Assembly (NCBI GenBank): GCA_964567205.1
Contig: CAZMKW010000003.1
Coordinates: 1-43,757, forward strand
From: an uncultured Candidatus Saccharibacteria bacterium
GTDB taxonomy: Bacteria; Patescibacteriota; Minisyncoccia; Minisyncoccales; Staskawiczbacteraceae
DNA length: 43,757 bases
Reading direction: 5' to 3'
Part shown: positions 37,874 to 43,757 of the stretch, piece after piece
Position numbering within the stretch: position 1 is the stretch's first letter
Layout: every line of letters begins with the position of its first letter
Notes under the pieces: generated by a model
Told to the model about the DNA's origin: nothing
The model's input: the letters and a program-made list of their open reading frames with translations, nothing else
Database searches by the model: none
Program-made: the position numbers and the translations under genes

Positions 37874-37959
37874 CTTGGTAATAATACAACTAAAAAACTG
37901 CCTTTTCAACTTTTCACTCATGTAAAATGGGTAAAGAGTCAAGCAGTTTTTTACAGATT

Positions 37960-38212
37960 TTAGCGGATTTCTTCTTTTTTATCTTTTACAGCCCACTATG
38001 TATTTTCTATATGAAGGGTGCAAGCTCATTTACAATTCACAGACAGCGGTGTGGTGGTTTTGTTGTACTAGTTAGCGGATTTCCTCTTTTTTATCTTTTA
38101 CAGCCCACTATGTATTTTCTATATGAAGGGTGCAAGCTCATTTACAATTCACAGACAGCGGTGTGGTGGTTTTGTTGTACTAGTTAGCGGATTTCTTCTT
38201 TTTTATCTTTTA
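37960..38212. repeat. 112-bp tandem repeat: DR29-U83-DR29-U83-DR29
   Basis: 29-bp DR at 37960, 38072 and 38184 (the last is the 3' end of the 547-aa gene); identical 83-bp units. Confidence 0.95.
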
Positions 38213-39827
38213 GGAAAAATCTCCAGTTTTCGAGGAATTCAATAAATATCGCAAAAGGTACATCGATTAAGGCATTAAAGAAGGCGGCTATGGCATTATA
38301 TCGTTTCCATTTATTAGACAACCATCGTCCTGTAGCGGCAACGGGCAAGGAGAACATGTCAACTAAGAATCCCAGAAATCCTTCTTTTCTTTCTTTGACG
38401 GTTAACTCTTGCGCCTTTTTTCTAACCGCTATTCCTGCAAAAGTAACTAAGGCAACAAACATTACGTTTAAGAAAATAGAGGTTACCGGGAAATTAGCTT
38501 CCATAAAAATCCAAATTATAAAACCAAAAGAGACAACTGCTCCCGCAAAGTAGGTTAAACCGATTATGGTATTGATTGCCAAGCCTCTTTTCCTTGAGGG
38601 TTTTATTGTGTAGGTATCTATTTTTTGGGACTTGTATACGATTTTCATCGATTCCATCACCACAACCCCCAGATTGTCTTTCGGCGGAGGCTTTACGGTT
38701 AGTATAAATAGAAGCATTAAAAATGTTGGACCCAAAATATCAACTAATACAGTAAGAACAGGAGATGTGCTGAAAGACCCATAAATCCATGTGGCTATCG
38801 GCCATTCTAGTACGGCGATTGAAAGGGCGTTGCCGAGTAGAACGGAGAGAGTAGTGTACATGGCTGCGCGATAAAGTCTTTTTTTCAACGTAGACAGCCT
38901 TTTTTTATAAGCGCCCCTGACCATGCTTTCAAGGTTTTCAGCTTTAGAAATTTTTTCTAAAACTTCGGCAGGGTTTTCTTCTGTTAATATATCTCCTAAT
39001 AAAATATAGGGGGTATCGTATTTTTCGCAGATAGTGTAAAATTTTCCTGCTAACGGATGAGATAAGCTTTTTTCAATATCATCCCATATTTGATATATGT
39101 TTTTAGCAATTTCCGCCAGAAATTCCGAAGATGCAGTACTCCATTGAGGGTATCTGTATTTTAAAAGATTATAAATAATAATTGGATGGTCTAATTTAAA
39201 AAGAGCTTGTTGCACAGCAATATAAATCTGGGTATTTATTTCTTTTTTCTTATCATCGTTATTTATGGCTATGGGGGATTTGTTAACAACAGAAATTCTC
39301 TCCTTCATTAACTCGAACATGTAATTTATCAGAGATGTTTCTCTTATTGCCAAGCAGAGAGTTTCTTCTATCTCACACGCGGCAATTTCCAGTAGCCAAT
39401 TATAAAGTTGTAGTTCTTCGCGTTTGTTTTTTGTTGGCGGTTTATTCTTTAGAATAAAAATATATTTATTAAGCACTTTTTGTACGTCGCCGATTTTAGA
39501 CTCAGGGATAAAGTCGTTAGGGAAGTGTCCGCCACGGATTAATTCTAAAACCAGGTGTTCGGCGATCTGTGTTTCCGCAGAAAAATTATTTATTTGCCAC
39601 TCCAAGAACCTTCTCTTCAACTTCCTTATAATCATTGCTCTTCGCATTAAATGCTCTTCTTTCCAATCAATAACTATTCTTATCTTTTCGTAAAAAGAAG
39701 CAATATTAGAGGCAACTTCGTCGACATGAATAGTAGCGGTCCCTTGCTTGGGCTGATCTTGTTGGTGCGCAAGATTGTATTTCGATATTAATTTTTTTGT
39801 TGCTTCGGAAAGTTCTTGTGTTGGCAT
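38184..39827 (-). CDS. Hypothetical membrane protein (soluble helical N-terminus, about 4 TM at the C-terminus)
   Basis: 547-aa ORF with host-like composition, 9 bp downstream of thrS. Confidence 0.8.
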   Translation of the reverse strand: MPTQELSEATKKLISKYNLAHQQDQPKQGTATIHVDEVASNIASFYEKIRIVIDWKEEHLMRRAMIIRKLKRRFLEWQINNFSAETQIAEHLVLELIRGGHFPNDFIPESKIGDVQKVLNKYIFILKNKPPTKNKREELQLYNWLLEIAACEIEETLCLAIRETSLINYMFELMKERISVVNKSPIAINNDDKKKEINTQIYIAVQQALFKLDHPIIIYNLLKYRYPQWSTASSEFLAEIAKNIYQIWDDIEKSLSHPLAGKFYTICEKYDTPYILLGDILTEENPAEVLEKISKAENLESMVRGAYKKRLSTLKKRLYRAAMYTTLSVLLGNALSIAVLEWPIATWIYGSFSTSPVLTVLVDILGPTFLMLLFILTVKPPPKDNLGVVVMESMKIVYKSQKIDTYTIKPSRKRGLAINTIIGLTYFAGAVVSFGFIIWIFMEANFPVTSIFLNVMFVALVTFAGIAVRKKAQELTVKERKEGFLGFLVDMFSLPVAATGRWLSNKWKRYNAIAAFFNALIDVPFAIFIEFLENWRFFLKDKKEEIR

Positions 39828-39836
39828 ATTTTTATT

Positions 39837-41564
39837 CTACTTTTTATTTTTGATTTCTTCTTTTATTTTACCAATAAATTGATCCAATTGCATTTGTCCA
39901 AGGTCGCCTTTTGATCTTTGTCTTACGGCCACTGCATTTACGGAAATTTCTTTATCTCCCACAATCAAAAGATAGGGGATTTTTTGCATTTCAGCTTCGC
40001 GTATTTTTTTACCAAGGGTTCCTTCTTTCATCACTTGAACCCTGACATTATTTTCTATCAGTTGATTTTTAACTTTTTCTGCATAATCAAGATGATTTTC
40101 TCCAATTGGCAAGACAACGGCTTGTATCGGCGCCAACCACAAAGGAAATGCGCCGGCAAAATGTTCTATGGCTAAAGCTAAAAATCTTTCGTAAGATCCC
40201 AGTATTGCGCGATGAACCATCACAGGACTTTTTTCAGAGCCGTCCTTGTCTGTATATGTTAAATTAAATCTTTTTGGAGTCGCAAAATCAATCTGCACCG
40301 TTGGTATTTGAATTTCTTTTCCGATAGCATCTCTAAACATGAAATCCAGTTTCGGCCCGTATAGGGCAGCTTCTCCCGGGCATTTTTTGGCGTTTAAACC
40401 CATTTCGTTTGAAACCTCCTGCAGAATTTTTTCGCACAAATCCCAGTCCTTCTTTTCACCGATGTATTGGCTGAAATCCTTTCCTCTCGTTGATAAAGAA
40501 ACCCAGTGGTTGCCCCAAAGGCCCATTGAAGTATAAAAATCTTTTATTATATTCACCAAAGTTTTTATTTCGTCTTTTACCTGCTCACGTGTGCAGAATG
40601 TATGGCCATCTTCTACGGTGATTGCATAAACCCTGTTAAGTCCGCCAACTTCGCCCGGTTTTTCGGCTCGGTATTGCTTGTCAGATTCCATATATCTTAT
40701 CGGCAAATCGCGATATGACCTTGGTTTTGAGGCGTATATTTGTGTATGGTGCGGACATTGTACTGGCTTTAAAACAAATTTGTGTCCCTTTGGCGAAGAA
40801 ACTCGGAATAGTTCGTCGTTGAATTTTTTTGCGTGGCCCGAAGTTTCAAAAAGATCTATTTTTGCTAAAGAAGGAGCAGAAACTTTTTCAAAGCCGTAAT
40901 TCCTGCAAATTCTTTCAACTTCTTTTTGTAGTTCTTCTTTAATCGCAACGCCCTTTGCGGTGTAAAGGGGGAGTCCGGGGCCAACAAGATCAGAAAAACA
41001 GAATAGATCTAATTCTTTTCCAAGCTTTCTGTGGTCGCGTTTTTCAGCTTCCTCTAACATTTTTAAATAATCTTGCAGTTCTTTTTCTGTTTCAAAAGCT
41101 AAGCCGTAAATGCGGGTTAGCATTTTATTTTTTTCATCTCCTTTCCAATAGGCTCCTGCAACCTTTGTCAGCTTAAAAGTATTCGGCAAAATTTCTTTTG
41201 TAGATTTTATATGTGGCCCTTTGCACAAATCTACAAACTCGCCGGTTTGGAAAATAGAAACCGTGTCTCCGGGCAAATCTTTTATAAGTTCTAATTTATA
41301 TGGCTGAACGGCAAACAGTTTTTTGGCAACTCTTTTTGTAATATTCTTTTTCTCAAATTTTAGTTTTTGCGAAATCAGCTCTTTCATTTTTGCTTCAATT
41401 TCTACTAAATCTTTTTCCTCAAGTGGTTTTTGCAATTGAAAATCGTAATAAAACCCGTTATCAATTGCGGGTCCCATTCCTAATTTTGTTTTAGGATATA
41501 ACTCTAAAATCGCGCCAGCTAAAATATGCGCTAAAGAATGTCTAATTTTTTCAATATTTTCCAT
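39837..41564 (-). CDS. thrS: Threonyl-tRNA synthetase (no N-terminal TGS domain)
   Basis: RHSLAH, DLCKGPH, RDHRKLG, KPVQCPHH, YGPKLD, HRAILGS. Confidence 0.98.
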   Translation of the reverse strand: MENIEKIRHSLAHILAGAILELYPKTKLGMGPAIDNGFYYDFQLQKPLEEKDLVEIEAKMKELISQKLKFEKKNITKRVAKKLFAVQPYKLELIKDLPGDTVSIFQTGEFVDLCKGPHIKSTKEILPNTFKLTKVAGAYWKGDEKNKMLTRIYGLAFETEKELQDYLKMLEEAEKRDHRKLGKELDLFCFSDLVGPGLPLYTAKGVAIKEELQKEVERICRNYGFEKVSAPSLAKIDLFETSGHAKKFNDELFRVSSPKGHKFVLKPVQCPHHTQIYASKPRSYRDLPIRYMESDKQYRAEKPGEVGGLNRVYAITVEDGHTFCTREQVKDEIKTLVNIIKDFYTSMGLWGNHWVSLSTRGKDFSQYIGEKKDWDLCEKILQEVSNEMGLNAKKCPGEAALYGPKLDFMFRDAIGKEIQIPTVQIDFATPKRFNLTYTDKDGSEKSPVMVHRAILGSYERFLALAIEHFAGAFPLWLAPIQAVVLPIGENHLDYAEKVKNQLIENNVRVQVMKEGTLGKKIREAEMQKIPYLLIVGDKEISVNAVAVRQRSKGDLGQMQLDQFIGKIKEEIKNKK

Positions 41565-41726
41565 AGTTATTATTGGTGTTTATATATTTGATAATTCTAT
41601 CATCTTTGGCCTTCAGGGTAAATAGAGAGGATCTTGTTGACAAATAACGTAAAATATATAATTATTATAACAGTGTGCGATGGAACGTCCTTCGCTGTTC
41701 GAATTTTTTTGTAGAGGAGAAGCGCT

Positions 41727-42035
41727 ATGGCCAACAACATACCAAAAATGGCCGGCAAGTTCCAGGCGTGGAAGTTTGTTGTAAATGTGGCACCAGAAAA
41801 TCTGGAGGCCACACTAAGGCACTGTGTGGACATGGGGCTCGAACCAAACAGGAAGGTTTGTGCCGCTCCAGGTGGCCTTATCACTTTTACCTGCCTTTGC
41901 CCGCGCAACGCCGACACTGGTGTTTTTGGGCAGACGTTCCAGGCATTCAAGAGGCAAATGGAGGATTGTGGTGCAACGGTGAGTGCATCCAGCACATCGG
42001 CTTGCCTAATTTGCCCATTGCCCGGCGAAGAATAA
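41727..42035 (+). CDS. Cys-rich hypothetical protein (orphan cassette)
   Basis: GAGGAG RBS, TTGACA at 41637, terminator at 42060. Confidence 0.7.
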   Translation: MANNIPKMAGKFQAWKFVVNVAPENLEATLRHCVDMGLEPNRKVCAAPGGLITFTCLCPRNADTGVFGQTFQAFKRQMEDCGATVSASSTSACLICPLPGEE

Positions 42036-42059
42036 TCCTACAAAGAATCCATATTCATA

Positions 42060-42092
42060 CCCGACAAGTCGAAAGATTTGTCGGGCTTTTTT
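42060..42092 (+). terminator. Intrinsic terminator
   Basis: cccgacaagtc-gaaa-gatttgtcggg followed by T tract. Confidence 0.85.
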
Positions 42093-42098
42093 GCATAA

Positions 42099-42142
42099 AT
42101 TAAACGGCTCATACTAGGCAGAGTCTAGCATGAGCCGTTTGG
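42099..42142 (-). repeat. REP-like long hairpin, copy 3 (inverted)
   Basis: aaacggctcatactaggc-aga-gtctagcatgagccgttt just past the dnaE stop. Confidence 0.75.
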
Positions 42143-42153
42143 CAAGATTAGGG

Positions 42154-43757
42154 TTATATTTCAGATGGTCTTAGTATCTCTTGCGCGTCATCGGCGACAA
42201 TTTTTATTTCTCCGTTGCGGTCGTCAACACGGCCGGCAACAAAAATAATTTTATTTTCTTGCAGGGCGCGAGGGTTTCTTTCCAAAAGATTTGGGAAAAT
42301 TACGACTTCCATTTTTCCCGACAAATCTTCCAGCTTCATAAACAGCATCGGCTTTCCGCTTTTTGTGATAATTTTTTTAATAGAAGAAACCAATCCTCCC
42401 AAAATTACTTTTTTATCCACAAAACTAACGTCGATTTTAGAAATAGGAGTTGTGCGCGTTTCAAAAAGTTTTTTAAATCCGTTTAAGGGGTGCGAGCTTA
42501 CGTAAAGGCCCAAAAGTTCTTTTTCCCATCCAAGTTTTTCAAAATCTGTTGCGGGCGTGGCGGGCTCTAATTTTATAGTGTGGTTTATTTCAACTTTTGT
42601 ATTTGCAAAAAGTCCTATTTGATTTGCGTTTTCGTTCTTGTTATTTTCTCTTGCGATTTCAAGCATTCTTTCTAAGTTTTGCAAAAGCTTATTTCTTTCA
42701 TCAAACTGGTCAAAAGCGCCGGCTTTTATTAAAGCCTCCATTGATTTTTTATTAAGGTCTTTGGATTTTACGCGGTAAATGAAATCTCCGATTGATTGAA
42801 ATTCTCCTCCTATTTTTCTTTCTTCAACAATTGCGTCAATTATATTTATTCCCACATTTTTAATCGCCAGTAATCCAAACCTTATCTGATTTTTCTCCGG
42901 AACAACGGTAAAGTTTTTTAAAGATTCATTTATGTTCGGAGCCAAAACTTCGACACTCATTTTTTTGCACTCATCAATCAAGAATGCAATTCTCTCAACG
43001 TCTGCTCTTTCTGAAGTTAGAACAGACGCCATGAATTCAACGGGGTAGTGGGCTTTTAAATAAGCTGTTTGATAGGCGATTGTGGCGTAAGCTGCCGAAT
43101 GGGATTTGTTGAAACCATATTGTGCAAATGGCAGAATCCATTGCCAAAGTTCTTCGGCGACTTTTTTTGAGGCTCCGTTTTCGATTGCTCCGTTTATAAA
43201 CTTTGTTTCCTGCGCGTCCAAAAGATCTTTAATTTTTTTACCAACAGCCTTTCTTAAAACGTCAGCTTCTCCCAAAGTAAAGCCGCAAACTTCTTGCGCG
43301 ATTTTCATCAATTGTTCTTGGTAAACGCAAATTCCGTAAGTGTCTTTTAAAATAGGTTCAAGTTTTGGATGCAAATATTCTATTGTTTGGTTGCCTTGTT
43401 TTCTTTCAATATAGTCGGGGATAAATTGCATTGGGCCCGGGCGGTATAAGGCAACCATGGCGGTGATGTCGTCGAACTTGCTGGGCCTTAACTCTTTTAA
43501 ATATCTTTTCATTCCGTCCGATTCCAACTGGAATACGCTAGTGGTCAGGGCTTGCTGTAAAAGTTCAAAAGTTTTTTCATCGTCATCGGGAATTTTATCC
43601 AAATCAATTTTTAATTGATTGTGCAAAACATATATTCTGGCCAAGGTGTCTTCTATTATAGTAAGGTTTTTTAATCCCAAGAAATCCATTTTTAAAAGTC
43701 CTAAATCTTCAATGCTATGTCCTTCAAATTGTGTAATAACTGCGGTTTCGCTGTCTT
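42154..43757 (-). CDS. dnaE: DNA polymerase III alpha subunit, 5' part outside the window
   Basis: LGLLKMDFLGL, VFQLES, ALYRPGP, YQEQ, YGFNKSH, EKELLGLYVSSHPL; frame open to the window end. Confidence 0.98.
   Translation of the reverse strand, partial: DSETAVITQFEGHSIEDLGLLKMDFLGLKNLTIIEDTLARIYVLHNQLKIDLDKIPDDDEKTFELLQQALTTSVFQLESDGMKRYLKELRPSKFDDITAMVALYRPGPMQFIPDYIERKQGNQTIEYLHPKLEPILKDTYGICVYQEQLMKIAQEVCGFTLGEADVLRKAVGKKIKDLLDAQETKFINGAIENGASKKVAEELWQWILPFAQYGFNKSHSAAYATIAYQTAYLKAHYPVEFMASVLTSERADVERIAFLIDECKKMSVEVLAPNINESLKNFTVVPEKNQIRFGLLAIKNVGINIIDAIVEERKIGGEFQSIGDFIYRVKSKDLNKKSMEALIKAGAFDQFDERNKLLQNLERMLEIARENNKNENANQIGLFANTKVEINHTIKLEPATPATDFEKLGWEKELLGLYVSSHPLNGFKKLFETRTTPISKIDVSFVDKKVILGGLVSSIKKIITKSGKPMLFMKLEDLSGKMEVVIFPNLLERNPRALQENKIIFVAGRVDDRNGEIKIVADDAQEILRPSEI

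Noticed and set aside
37927-38187. 86-aa ORF on the + strand
   Set aside because: It is a by-product of the tandem repeat and has no RBS.
37960-38212. CRISPR array
   Set aside because: The spacers are identical and 83 nt long, the repeat is a gene 3' end, and no cas genes are present.
41600-42103. Alternative ORFs 41675-42103 (+) and 41600-41995 (-)
   Set aside because: 41727-42035 has the RBS and ends before the terminator; the other + ORF runs through the terminator.
1-43757. Alternative genetic code (UGA=Gly or Trp)
   Set aside because: TGA ends several genes in ATGA overlaps (2633-2636, 31072-31075, 31692-31695) and conserved genes are intact under code 11.

Overview
AT-rich bacterial chromosome segment using the standard code (TGA is a stop). 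Gene content and weak Shine-Dalgarno use suggest Patescibacteria/Parcubacteria (inference). About 2.4-22 kb is a metal, ion and osmotic stress block: arsR-thioredoxin-permease, rhodanese, DEAD helicase, HI0933 flavoprotein, ZIP, CDF, CorA, P-type ATPase, Ca/Na antiporter and otsAB. About 22-43.7 kb is core genes: SWIB, PheRS, gyrB, ybaB, secE-nusG-rplK, a dTMP operon, gatB, miaA/B, thrS and partial dnaE. Main observations: (1) a 30-nt double-hairpin element is inserted in frame at TTT^RA four times in three unrelated enzymes, alongside other small palindromic inserts; (2) a single-chain, mitochondrial-type PheRS; (3) seven orphan single-gene cassettes, each with its own promoter, RBS and terminator, one flanked by an apparent target duplication; (4) OtsA fused to a TM-sensor-TM-HAMP-like module; (5) a Tmk-ThyX fusion; (6) a 112-bp tandem repeat built on the last 29 bp of a gene. 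No rRNA, tRNA, CRISPR, transposase or integrase was recognised. Family calls come from motif recognition by eye, not database searches.
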